Part shown: piece by piece, positions 35,002 through 47,986 of the stretch | Layout: the number at the start of each line of letters is the position of its first letter | Numbering within the stretch: position 1 is the stretch's first letter | NCBI GenBank assembly: GCA_040954595.2 | Contig: CM082589.2 | Span: 11,420,894 to 11,484,893 of the forward strand | DNA length: 64,000 nt | Origin: Balanoglossus misakiensis | Lineage: Eukaryota > Animalia > Hemichordata | Direction: 5' to 3' | Made by a program: the position numbers and the translations under genes | The notes under the pieces: generated by a model | Told to the model about the DNA's origin: nothing | Seen by the model: only the letters and a program-made list of their open reading frames with translations | Databases searched by the model: none

Positions 35002-36494
35002 AGTCCTGTTTCAAAATGACCTACATTACACGTCCTATACACATGTATTGCATGTTTTGATTGGTTTATCCGCTTCTCTTAGGTCCACTTGCGGCACGCT
35101 GATTGGAGGGACCTTGTAGGTTAGGTCTTATTATTATGTATTATTCACTAGACCTTGTAGGTTAGGTCTTATTACTATGCATTTTTCGCTTTACAGCTCC
35201 CTGATTGGTTAACGTGTCAGTCTGGTCCCCCATGTGTTCACTGCCTCATAATACAGGACCTTGTAGGTTAGGTCATATTAATATGTATTTATTCACCATA
35301 CAGCTCCCTGATTGGTTAACGTGTCAGTCTGGTCTCCCAGTGTTCACTGCCTCATTGTGAAATGTCCCATGTGCTTCCTGGCTAGCGTTGTGGTAACACA
35401 TTATTCGGGATGTCCGCAGGTCATTCATTAATTTTCTGAGAAATAGCCTGACTGATACTATCTCCAACATAAACCGCACCCTGGAAAGATTAAAATTTTT
35501 AGATGGACTTCGAAAATCTGATTAACACATCTAAGCATTTTTGCTAACAGTTGTATATTTTCTTAAATCACCCTCCTACTTCTCATCATCAATATTATTA
35601 TTGTTGTTTTACTATTTTAAAGTAAATTTGTTTTGACGTAGATGTTGTGAAAAGGAGTACGTTGTCCGTTTATACATTCGTATATTGTTTTCATAAAAAT
35701 GGAACTATGACGGTGCAGCTTCGTGAAAGAAGTACAATAAAAGTAATCATACCTGTAAAGCAACTAATGAGGTATCCCAATTAAAGAAATGCAATGCTAT
35801 TCTAAACAGTTCTATTGTAAGATATTTTTGGTTTGCTCGAATGAATAGCACACACTTCGTATTCAGCCAGGTGTTACACGAAGTGATGCGCTGAAAAGCA
35901 CTACGTAACAAAACACTAGCCCATTTCAACAAACCGCCACTGGAAATAAAATAAAAAAATTCTCCTGGCAATTTTTATTTCGAGTATCTAGTTCACAGTA
36001 TCACAAAAAAATGCCATGAATAATGAAGGAAAGGTTAAATCCAATCATTATATGAGTGCCTTTCTTTATACACTGGGATCGAGCTTCGACAACGCGCAGG
36101 CAGCATGCCAGACAGAATACGACAACTGTATTCAGAAAGTACAAAAGACTTTGCATAACGAGGCAGTGAAAATTGGAGACCTACACATTAACCAATCAGG
36201 GAGCTGAAAATTGAATAAATGCATGTTAATAAGACCTAACCTACAAGGTCCTGCATAATGAGGCAGTGAACACTGGAGGACCAGACCTACACATTAACCA
36301 ATCAGGGAGCTGTAAAGTGAATAATACATAGTAATAAGACCTAACCTACAAGGTCTAGTGAATAATACATAATAATAAGACCTAACACATAAGGTCCCTC
36401 CAATCACCGTGCCTCAAGTGGACCTAAGATTACCAGATGGACCAATCACAGATGTCGGTACATATGTCATGGACCTGACTTATGAAACATGACT
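35002..36494. mobile_element. Foldback-like non-autonomous DNA element with ~350-bp modular TIRs, right arm only
   Basis: ATT|AGTCCTGTTTCA ... TGAAACATGACT|ATT; empty site cacATTcag in left arm (~22507-22515, minus strand); TIRs contain repeated GACCTTGTAGGTTAGGTC. Confidence 0.75.
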
Positions 36495-37039
36495 ATTCAG
36501 AACTACCTAGTCTATGCCCGGCAGTGTTCTGTCCGCTTTGCTTCCAAAACTAATGTCTGGCCTCACTCATGCCACTTGCCCAATAAACTAATACCCCTTG
36601 CTGGGAATTATGGTGTAACTAGCGTCGCTTTGAAGCCTATCACATTCCTGAACAGTGTTGATTTGGTGTAAGATTATAGTGAAGGCAGGGCTTATTACAT
36701 TGAAAATGCTACCCAACCTTAATTACACGTATGTATATCCTTTGTCTAATCATTGGAAAAACAATGTACATGTACCAAAGACTAAGTAGCTATTTGAAGG
36801 TGAATCGCAAGTGGGCACTTTCATTACTTAACCTCAAGCAGTCGGTTAGCTACCGTATACTAAGACAAACATTCCTGGTGTAATTAACATCACTGTCATT
36901 AGTAATATCTATCTCCAATCAGTATCAGTTCTGCCTTTATGTTATTTTAAGTCAATTGTCAAGGTTCATGTACATATATTACAGCTTAACTGTCTTGTCA
37001 AAAACTTACGCATGTACATGTACCTAATTCTAGGCTTAC

Positions 37040-38230
37040 CTGTAGGGTTAGAGATACAGTGTTTTATATTAATATGCATTAATATGAAACTAAAATTTGA
37101 TGGTTAATTTAAGACCCCCCTGAGCAATGGTAACCTCGTTAAATATGTGCATATCTAATGCTAGGCTATTCAGCTGAAGTAGAAACCTGGACATGGACAA
37201 CTTCGGGGTCAAAATCTTTTGACAAACATTTGTGTGATCTTGGGTCAACTTTGACCTACATTCCTATATTTTAGCATCCGGAGCAGATACAACCTTGACA
37301 CTTGGAGTGATGGAACTATTTGATTGAGTATTATGTCTTGCCTCATTAATTATGTACTTACCTAATGCCAGCCTAACCAATAGGGCTGGAAGTCTGGCTT
37401 TTTGGACATGATAAATTTGAGATCAACATTTTTCTACAGCAGCCAGCCTTCTCTTAAAAAGAATGGACAATATAAAGGCTTTGATGGTATACTGAACTTT
37501 TGACTCCCTCCCTGAGACTGTGTGCCAATGACGGGATAGCCTACTCAGCGTTGGGTAGATCCTAAGAAGGCCTCAGCCAGGCATCAAATACAAAAAGCGG
37601 AAATCCAAGCTTTAATGGTGGGTTACATCGTTAACTTCCCTGCAGAGCTGATTTCTCAGACTGTGAGCCAATGACGGGTAAAGCCCCTAGGTAGGGGCCA
37701 CCTAAGACAGGCCGGTCATGCTTTAATCACAAAGAAGGGCAAGTTTAGTCTTACCACAACTTTGTCTGCTGTATATGCTTCATTAAGATTGCAGAGTATT
37801 TTGAGAATACATTGTGTTAAGGCAGTGTGACCAGCTAAAAAGTACTGGCAAACACAGCCAATGTGTAATGAAAAACATCTAATTTGGCTGAATAAAAGAC
37901 ATAAAACACAGCAAAAGCACTGTGACTAGCTGAGACATAATACTCCATTATGCAGTTCCATCACTCCAAGTGTCAAGGATGTATCTGTGCCGGATGCCAA
38001 GATATAGGAATGTAGGTCAAAGTTTACCCAAGAACACCCAACATTTTGTCAAAAGATTTTGACCCCAAAGTTGTCCATGTCCAGGTTTCTACCGCAACTG
38101 GATAGCCTAGAATTAGATATGTACATATTTAATGAGGTTACCATGGATCAAGGCAGTCCTAAGTAAACCATCAAATTTTTAAATTCATGTTAATTCATGT
38201 TAATATAAAACGCTGTATCTCTAACCCACT
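37040..38230. repeat. Local inverted repeat in right arm, counterpart of 20795-21985
   Basis: 37040-37315 is the reverse complement of 37955-38230. Confidence 0.85.
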
Positions 38231-40699
38231 GGTATGCCATTCTGTGTTTCATGCTACCCAATATGGGTAAGTAGGTAAAAAGTCACCCTAGGCCATTTGA
38301 AATTTTGCTGAAAAAATCTCGTCTCTTACATATGTACATTTGGTAAAAGGGAAATTTTAATCACGGAGTAGAACATATTCATACAAAATATTTGAGGGAA
38401 AGAAGGAAGTTTTTCATAGCTTTGGTGCGTCAAATAGTAGAGAGGTTCCCTTGTTATCCTTAGACTCAAACTCAGAGTTTCCAATCTTTCAGTATTTTCA
38501 TGATATTACTTTCCTTCTTAGATTTGTTCATCTAAACAAACTGACTGATAGGTATACATGAACATTTTATTGACTAATGAATGTGCCTGTATGTTGCAAT
38601 TTAAAGAAGTCAGATATTAAACGAGCGCCACACCTGTTTTAATCAGCCTCCATATGGAGGGTACACATCGCAGAGAGATGACAAACCCCATGCAAATTCA
38701 AGTAATATGGCTCAATGGTGCTGATTTTAAAGGATAGGTGGATGATTTGAAAAATGTTATTGTGGAAAAAGATGTGTAAAATTTGGCAGCTTGTGAGGCT
38801 TTAATTGTAAAATCTTTGAAATGTGTTTTACTCTTTAGGTCCAATTTTGTATATGTCAATATACCATTGGGACCAATGTGAAATTGTTCTAAACTCAGAA
38901 ACTCAAGAAGGTACTGGTCAGATTGCTTTAGAAATTGGTGTGTATTTATGTTATTGAGACTTTATACAGATTTTATTTTTCATTTTTGAAGTATATTTTG
39001 GGGTGATTTTGGTCGTCATATACTCAGAAACCTCTACCCACATTTTTTTTAAAATTTGGTTTGCATGTTCTTAGGTGTGATTTTATGACAATTTAACAAA
39101 CCCAGTGATGGAAGTGACAATATTGTTTTTTTTTTTTTGGCAATTACTGCCATTTTTGTCTGATTGCTTTGCAATTTAGTTTGCAGTTTCTAGGGAATTC
39201 TTACTGTGGTGCACAAAATTCACAAAGGTGATTTACTATCCTCATGCGCTTTGTTGAACTGGCACCCTGTTGCAAAACAGACATTACAACACTCTTTGAA
39301 TTGAATTCATAGCTACCAATTTTTCGGGGGTGTAGCACCTTTTTTATGCCTAAAACTTTGATCGAGAACTTCAAATTAAATGCAACCCTCCAAATATTTG
39401 CAATATTTCAGGTATAATGATTTAATTTTAAAGCATAAATTTTGATGTATTCATAATCATTAAGAGAAACACATTTTGAAAATAGAATATTAATCACACT
39501 AGCAGTCATAATACTTTTGAATCATCACTTAAGAACATATAGAAAAATTAAACAGGTGTTAATTATTTATATTTGAACGCAAAGCGTAAATTCCCTTGTG
39601 CCATGGAATTGACAATCTGCAACTGGTGGGGTCCTTCTGCCAGTAAAAAGCATCAGATAAATTCTGCATGCTCATCACCGAGGCAATTTAGGTGTACTTT
39701 TGTACTTTGAGAACTGTCGGTTTTCGCAACTGAAACTCTGTTCACAGGACAGAGGAAAAACTAGAATGACAACAGCTATGTAAGCTAACAAAAGGAACAC
39801 AGAGCATAGTTCTCCATACTCACATTTTGATGCAATAATTTTTGCTGAAACTGGGGCGTCCGTGGGCAGGCAAAGGCAGTTCTAACTCGACTTGCAAATA
39901 AGGCCCATGTCTCTTGTTCGCTGAGATTGTCTGGTTCTAATAATAGCTGTAAGAACTTGATCATTGACCGAACTGTTGGTTCAATTTTGCAACATTTTAT
40001 GATTTCAAGCTGTGCAATATTTGCAACTCAGTTTCAACTTTAGTTGGAGGGATGATGATGAAGCCATTTCACTGACAAAATAGCGCTACTGACTGATGTC
40101 AATGTTTGTTTACAGTCAAATGCATTGCCATCATAAAAATACATGTGAGAAATTTCCTATGTGTATGATACACACTTTTGTGCATGACTGCAAACTCTGT
40201 TACAGTTGTGAAATTCTAAGGGTTGAATTCATTGGGTAGAATTCATGTTTTTTGGATTCTTAAACAACCAGTCACGAAAGCTAAGTGGTTACCTCAGAGA
40301 AACTGTGTTAAATTTGGTCATCAATTGCTTTAAATCACACAAGACATTCCCAGAGCTAAAGTTACTGCAGCAGTCAGTTTCAACTCAGCTTGCAAATTGG
40401 GATCATGTCTTGTGTTCATCGAGACTGTCTGTAGTCGAGTTGACAGTCCTATGGGGTCAATGATGAACCTACAAATGTTCTTTCCAATGAAATTGTTATA
40501 AATCTAATATTCAGGATTTGCATTCATACCTTAAACAATATAACTGTATTGCAAATATGGCAACTCTTCTAAGTTGCATTGGAACACCTTCTCGCCACTG
40601 TTTGTGCCAAAATGGTGAATAAGCTTTCATTTTCAAGCCTTAACATAGGCACCCAAAACAAGACAACAGCATTGCAAATATGGCATTTTTTGTTCAACT

Positions 40700-41360
40700 C
40701 TTCTCATTTGCATAGTCCAAAATGGCCACCAAACTCCTCTAACATGTAAATTTCCTATGGTCGTCTTAAATAGTGTGTAGTATCGCATTTGAAGGGTTTT
40801 CATCAATATGGGTACCTAAAACAATTTCAACGTGGTTGACATTGCAATGTTAGACAGCTGTTCTAATTTGCATAATCTAGAATGGCCGACAAACTTCTCT
40901 AACATGTAAATTTACTATGGTTGTCTTTAATAGTGTGTAATATCGCATTTGCAGGGTTTTCATCAATATGGGTACCTAAAACAATTTCAACGTCGTTGAC
41001 ATGGCAATATTAGACAGCTGTTCTAATTTGCATAATCCAAAATGGCCACCAAACTCTTCTTAAATGTAAATTTCCCTGTTTTGTCTTATATGGTGCCTAA
41101 AATCACATTTGCAGGGTTTTCATCAATATGGGTAACTAAAACAATTTCAGCGTGGTTGACATGGCAATATTAGACAACTGTTCTAATTTGCATAATCCAA
41201 ATGGCCGACAAACTTCTCTAACATGTAAATTTCCCTGGTTTGTCTTATATGGTGTGTAATATCGCATTTTCACGGTTTTAATTAATATGGGTACCTAAAA
41301 CAATTTCAACGTGGTTGACATGGCAATATTAGACAACTGTTCTAATTTGCATAATTCGAA
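40700..41360. repeat. 160-bp tandem repeat, about 4 copies
   Basis: ggta(c/a)ctaaaacaatttc at ~40811, 40971, 41131, 41290. Confidence 0.9.
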
Positions 41361-41964
41361 CACCTGCTGGATAATTTAATTTTTGCCCTTCTTGTCCCAT
41401 GATTATATGTGTAATATCTCATTTTCAATGTGTTTACATGTATATATGCAGAATCCATTTCAAACTAAGTGGGCATATTGTAGCGCCAATCTTATTTCTT
41501 AATCCGCACCACAGAACTGATGCAAGGTTTAGGACTGGAAATGTATGTGGCCACTGGCCGACACCCCGGGCGAGAGGTCTCCAATTATTTTCAGCATGTA
41601 GTGTGCTTCCCGGTTGATAACATCAATATGTGTAAATGCCAAAAACCCGACCTATTGTAATACCAGTCAAATTTTCTTTGTCATTTACCATTTTTCTCTT
41701 GCATATGAAGGTTTTTCTTAAAGAGTACATACCCATATACATTTGTATGGGAGCACACATCCCCACCCCCTGCCAACAATAATTGGACAACTTTATTCTT
41801 CTTATACTTCTTTTTAGTCTAAACATTCATATAGAGAAGGCAACATGTTCTTGAAGCTGCTGACTATGGAAATATGATGAAGTACATTTTCCTAGTTGTA
41901 CATGTACAGTATGATAGGCCCAATGTACCAATTGGAGATGTGTGCCTTACAGGCAACATACATG

Positions 41965-44900
41965 TAGCTCTGCATGGCCTGGTTAATCAATGTTGACGCA
42001 AAGGTTGACCCTACCAAACACTCAAAATTAATGGGCACGACACTGGCCACTAGCTCTGCATGGCCTGGTTAATCAATGTTGACGCAAAGGTTGACCCCAC
42101 CAAACACTCAAAATTGATGGGCACGACACTGGCCACTAGCTCTGCATGGCCTGGTTAATCAATGTTGACGCAAAGGTTGACCCCACCAAACACTCAAAAT
42201 TGATGGGCACGACACTGGCCACTAGCTCTGCATGGCCTGGTTAATCAATGTTGACGCAAAGGTTGACCCCACCAAACACTCAAAATTGATGGGCACGACA
42301 CTGGCCACTAGCTCTGCATGGCCTGGTTAATCAATGTTGACGCAAAGGTTGACCCCACCAAACACTCAAAATTGATGGGCACGACACTGGCCACTAGCTC
42401 TGCATGGCCTGGTTAATCAATGTTGACGCAAAGGTTGACCCCACCAAACACTCAAAATTGATGGGCACGACACTGGCCACTACAATGTAGCTCTGCATGG
42501 CCTGGTTAATCAATGTTGACGCAAAGGTTGACCCCACCAAACACTCAAAATTGATGGGCACGACACTGGCCACTAGCTCTGCATGGCCTGGTTAATCAAT
42601 GTTGACGCAAAGGTTGACCCCACCAAACACTCAAAATTGATGGGCACGACACTGGCCACTACAATGTAGCTCTGCATGGCCTGGTTAATCAATGTTGACG
42701 CAAAGGTTGACCTCACCAAACACTCAAAATTGATGGGCACGACACTGGCCACTAGCTCTGGCCTGGCTAATCAATGTTGACGCAAGGGTTGACCCCACCA
42801 AACACTCAAAATTGATGGGCGCGACACTGGCCACTAGCTCTGGCCTGGCTAATCAATGTTGACGCAAGGGTTGACCCCACCAAACACTCAAAATTAATGG
42901 GCGCGACACTGGCCACTAGCTCTGGCCTGGCTAATCAATGTTGACGCAAGGGTTGACCCCACCAAACACTCAAAATTGATGGGCGCGACACTGGCCACTA
43001 GCTCTGGCGTGGCTAATCAAGGTTGACGCAAAGGTTGACCCCACCAAACACTCAAAATTGATGGGCGCGACACTGGCCACTAGCTCTGGCGTGGCTAATC
43101 AAGGTTGACGCAAAGGTTGACCCCACCAAACACTCAAAATTGATGGGCACGACACTGGCCACTAGCTCTGGCCTGGCTAATCCAGGTTGACGCAAGGGTT
43201 GACCCCACCAAACACTCAAAATTAATGGGCGCGACACTGGCCACTAAGCTCTGGCCTGGCTAATCAATGTTGACGCAAGGGTTGACCCCACCAAACACTC
43301 AAAATTGATGGGCACGACACTGGCCACTAGCTCTGGCCTGGCTAATCAAGGTTGACGCAAGGGTTGACCCCACCAAACACTCAAAATTGATGGGCACGAC
43401 ACTGGCCACTAAGCTCTGGCCTGGTTAATCAATGTTGAAGCAAAGGTTGACCCCACCAAACACTCAAAATTAATGGGGACGACACTGGCCACTAGCTCTG
43501 CATGGCCTGGTTAATCAATGTTGACGCAAAGGTTGACCCCACCAAACACTCAAAATTAATGGGCACGACACTGGCCACTAGCTCTGGCCTGGCTAATCAA
43601 GGTTGACGCAAGGGTTAACCCCACCAAACACTCAAAATTAATGGGCGCGACACTGGCCACTAAGCTCTGGCCTGGCTAATCAATGTTGACGCAAGGGTTG
43701 ACCCCACCAAACACTCAAAATTGATGGGCACGACACTGGCCACTAGCTCTGGCCTGGCTAATCAAGGTTGACGCAAGGGTTGACCCCACCAAACACTCAA
43801 AATTGATGGGCACGACACTGGCCACTAAGCTCTGGCCTGGTTAATCAATGTTGAAGCAAAGGTTGACCCCACCAAACACTCAAAATTAATGGGAACGACA
43901 CTGGCCACTAGCTCTGCATGGCCTGGTTAATCAATGTTGACGCAAAGGTTGACCCCACCAAACACTCAAAATTAATGGGCACGACACTGGCCACTAGCTC
44001 TGGCCTGGCTAATCAAGGTTGACGCAAGGGTTGACCCCACCAAACACTCAAAATTGATGGGCACGGCACTGGCCACTAGCTCTGGCCTGGCTAATCAATG
44101 TTGACGCAAGGGTTGACCCCACCAAACACTCAAAATTGATGGGCACGACACTGGCCACTAGCTCTGGCCTGGCTAATCAATGTTGACACAAGGGTTGACC
44201 CCACCAAACACTCAAAATTGATGGGCACGACACTGGCCACTAGCTCTGGCCTGGCTAATCAATGTTAACGCAAGGGTTGACCCCACCAAACACTCAAAAT
44301 TGATGGGCGCGACACTGGCCACTAGCTCTGGCCTGGCTAATCAATGTTGACGCAAGGGTTGACCCCACCAAACACTCAAAATTTGTGGGCACGACACTGG
44401 CCACTAGCTCTGCCGTGGCTAATCAAGGTTGACGCAAAGGTTGACCCCACCAAACACTCAAAATTGATGGGCGCGACACTGGCCCCTAGCTCTGGCCTGG
44501 CTAATCCAGGTTGACGCAAGGGTTAACCCCACCAAACACTCAAAATTAATGGGCGCGACACTGGCCACTAAGCTCTGGCCTGGCTAATCAATGTTGACGC
44601 AAGGGTTGACCCCACCAAACACTCATAATTGATGGGCACGACACTGGCCACTAGCTCTGGCCTGGCTAATCAAGGTTGACGCAAGGGTTGACCCCACCAA
44701 ACACTCAAAATTAATGGGCGCGACACTGGCCACTAAGCTCTGGCCTGGTTAATCAATGTTGAAGCAAAGGTTGACCCCACCAAACACTCAAAATTAATGG
44801 GAACGACACTGGCCACTAGCTCTGCATGGCCTGGTTTATCAATGTTGACGCAAAGGTTGACCCCACCAAACACTCAAAATTAATGGGCACGACACTGGCC

Positions 44901-45420
44901 ACTAGCTCTGCATGGCCTGGTTAATCAATGTTGACGCAAAGGTTGACCCCACCAAACACTCAAAATTAATGGGCACGACACTGGCCACTAGCTCTGCATG
45001 GCCTGGTTAATCAATGTTGACGCAAAGGTTGACCCCACCAAACACTCAAAATTAATGGGCACGACACTGGCTACTAGCTCTGCATGGCATGGTTAATCAA
45101 TGTTGACGCAAAGGTTGACCCCACCAAACACTCAAAATTAATGGGCACGACACTGGCCACTAGCTCTGCATGGCCTGGTTAATCAATGTTGACGCAAAGG
45201 TTGACCCCACCAAACACTAAAAATTAATGGCCACGACACTGGCCACTAGCTCTGCATGGCCTGGTTAATCAATGTTGACGCAAAGGTTGACCCCACCAAA
45301 CACTCAAAATTAATGGGCACGACACTGGCCACTAGCTCTGCATGGCCTGGTTAATCAATGTTAACGCAAAGGTTGACCCCACCAAACACTCAAAATTAAT
45401 GGGCACGACACTGGCCACTA
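41965..45420. repeat. 82/83/86-bp satellite array, roughly 41 units
   Basis: Unit ctagctctg(catg)gcctggttaatcaatgttgacgcaaaggttgaccccaccaaacactcaaaattgatgggcacgacactggcca in tandem without spacers. Confidence 0.98.
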
Positions 45421-45427
45421 CATGTAT

Positions 45428-46265
45428 TTGTGATATTTTACATGGTTAACCACGCCTTGAGAAAAGTAATTATAAGAGAACTTTGTTTCCAAAGTTAGGG
45501 GAGAATAATATAACGGGAGATGGGAGTACCTCAGGCTACTGAGCTCGTTCCCTTCCTCATGTACTTTACTGGGCGTATTTGATGTACTATAATAATTCCG
45601 GACAATAAATGAACGTAAATCAGATACGTTTCTCCGTGGATCACGGTTCTCGTCAGAGCCCGTTACCTCATCGCTACAGATTCCCCGATGCATGAACAAT
45701 CATGAGAAACCAGCGGTAATACAAGTGTCACGATTGAGTTTTAACGATCATAGATCTTGTTTATGATTACGTAAGAAGTCATTCACTTATATGGTTTTAG
45801 TCCAGTATTGACATTGGTACTTGACCCAGAGTAAACAAGATTGTGTAATTGATACATGTCAGAACGAGATAGAGATATCACGCGCTAAGTTCATGTTTAA
45901 GAAATATCAAGATGACGTGTTCCTTTTATGACTTAATACTTGACTAACGTATTAATAAGGTGTGGTGAAATTTGAGATCACACATTTATCACCGGAGATC
46001 CGTGATGGGAGTCAACGAGCATGGATCGAGTCGTGTAATTCTTACGTGTGACCAGTAATAAACCAGAACTTTGTGTTACTCGGAAAACTTCTTGCAAGTC
46101 TCTGTCTACGAAAGGTTTACGATCTGCCGGGTACCTCTCTCGGACTTTATGAATATGTTGGGTGGAGAAGGAGATGGAGAGAATGTACGCCGTCAGCTTT
46201 CGGACGTGGCTGATTCCCCACAGAAGCCGATGAGGTAAACGTCCGGAGGACGACCGGCCGTAACA
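45428..46265 (+). mobile_element. Possible LTR fragment or solo LTR (second copy 47994-48831)
   Basis: CpG-rich non-coding block with AATAAA at ~46057, ending CCGTAACA next to the LINE fragment; 5' end and TSD not found. Confidence 0.35.
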
Positions 46266-46299
46266 ACAAACTGCATGAATTAAAGTTCAACAATCCTTA

Positions 46300-46601
46300 G
46301 AAGACAGGAACGTCAGAGGTTGAATCTTGATGGGAAAAGGCGAGGTATCGCTGGTTATCATCGGCGTACTGATGAAATTGTAGGATGTGGGGACGAATCG
46401 GTTTACTATAAAGTGGGGCTATATAAATGGTGAACAACAGAGGGGCAGTGGCACCCCGTATACGAGAGGTGACTGTGAACTTGCAGTGTTTTCGATGATT
46501 ACAGTTTGATATCTATATTGAAGGTAAGATGTAAACCATGTTAGTACTGTGTCTGAGATGCCAAGGTTCGATAGTCTACAAAGAAGTATCCCGTGATGCA
46601 A
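46300..46601 (-). pseudogene. L2/CR1-type LINE reverse transcriptase fragment
   Basis: HGILLCRLSNLGISDTVLTWFTSYLQYRYQTV..YGVP, then after a frameshift PLLFTIYIAPL..FHQYADDNQRYLAF. Confidence 0.85.
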
Positions 46602-46696
46602 ATGTACAACTGAAGAAAAAAGGAATCACAAATCTTAAAACTAAGATGCCGTTAAGAATTAAATTTCGCGAAAAGGAAGTGACGAAATACGTACAT

Positions 46697-47986
46697 CAAA
46701 ATTGATGGGCACGACACTGGCCACTAGCTCTGGCCTGGCTAATCAATGTTGACACAAGGGTTGACCCCACCAAACACTCAAAATTGATGGGCACGACACT
46801 GGCCACTAGCTCTGGCCTGGCTAATCAATGTTGACGCAAGGGTTGACCCCACCAAACACTCAAAATTGATGGGCGCGACACTGGCCACTAGCTCTGGCCT
46901 GGCTAATCAATGTTGACGCAAGGGTTGACCCCACCAAACACTCAAAATTTGTGGGCACGACACTGGCCACTAGCTCTGCCGTGGCTAATCAAGGTTGACG
47001 CAAAGGTTGACCCCACCAAACACTCAAAATTGATGGGCGCGACACTGGCCCCTAGCTCTGGCCTGGCTAATCCAGGTTGACGCAAGGGTTAACCCCACCA
47101 AACACTCAAAATTAATGGGCGCGACACTGGCCACTAAGCTCTGGCCTGGCTAATCAATGTTGACGCAAGGGTTGACCCCACCAAACACTCATAATTGATG
47201 GGCACGACACTGGCCACTAGCTCTGACCTGGCTAATCAAGGTTGACGCAAGGGTTGACCCCACCAAACACTCAAAATTAATGGGCGCGACACTGGCCACT
47301 AAGCTCTGGCCTGGTTAATCAATGTTGAAGCAAAGGTTGACCCCACCAAACACTCAAAATTAATGGGAACGACACTGGCCACTAGCTCTGCATGGCCTGG
47401 TTTATCAATGTTGACGCAAAGGTTGACCCCACCAAACACTCAAAATTAATGGGCACGACACTGGCCACTAGCTCTGCATGGCCTGGTTAATCAATGTTGA
47501 CGCAAAGGTTGACCCCACCAAACACTCAAAATTAATGGGCACGACACTGGCCACTAGCTCTGCATGGCCTGGTTAATCAATGTTGACGCAAAGGTTGACC
47601 CCACCAAACACTCAAAATTAATGGGCACGACACTGGCTACTAGCTCTGCATGGCATGGTTAATCAATGTTGACGCAAAGGTTGACCCCACCAAACACTCA
47701 AAATTAATGGGCACGACACTGGCCACTAGCTCTGCATGGCCTGGTTAATCAATGTTGACGCAAAGGTTGACCCCACCAAACACTAAAAATTAATGGCCAC
47801 GACACTGGCCACTAGCTCTGCATGGCCTGGTTAATCAATGTTGACGCAAAGGTTGACCCCACCAAACACTCAAAATTAATGGGCACGACACTGGCCACTA
47901 GCTCTGCATGGCCTGGTTAATCAATGTTAACGCAAAGGTTGACCCCACCAAACACTCAAAATTAATGGGCACGACACTGGCCACTA
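46697..47986. repeat. 82/83/86-bp satellite array, about 15 units (duplicated portion)
   Basis: Same unit as 41965-45420. Confidence 0.98.

Larger units (their letters stand above)
31788..41960 (-). repeat. Right arm of the giant imperfect inverted repeat
   Basis: Reverse complement of 14370-25464 apart from arm-specific insertions; ends where the satellite begins. Confidence 0.92.

Noticed and set aside
14370-41960. Palindrome as a haplotype or fold-back assembly artefact
   Set aside because: The arms differ by many substitutions and by insertions with proper TSDs and empty sites, which a read-level artefact would not produce; long-read confirmation is still advisable.
45418-45699. 93-aa ORF present twice
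   Set aside because: Identity is explained by the 2566-bp duplication; no domain seen.
41965-47986. CRISPR-like array
   Set aside because: Units are contiguous near-identical monomers with no unique spacers, no cas genes, and the context is eukaryotic.
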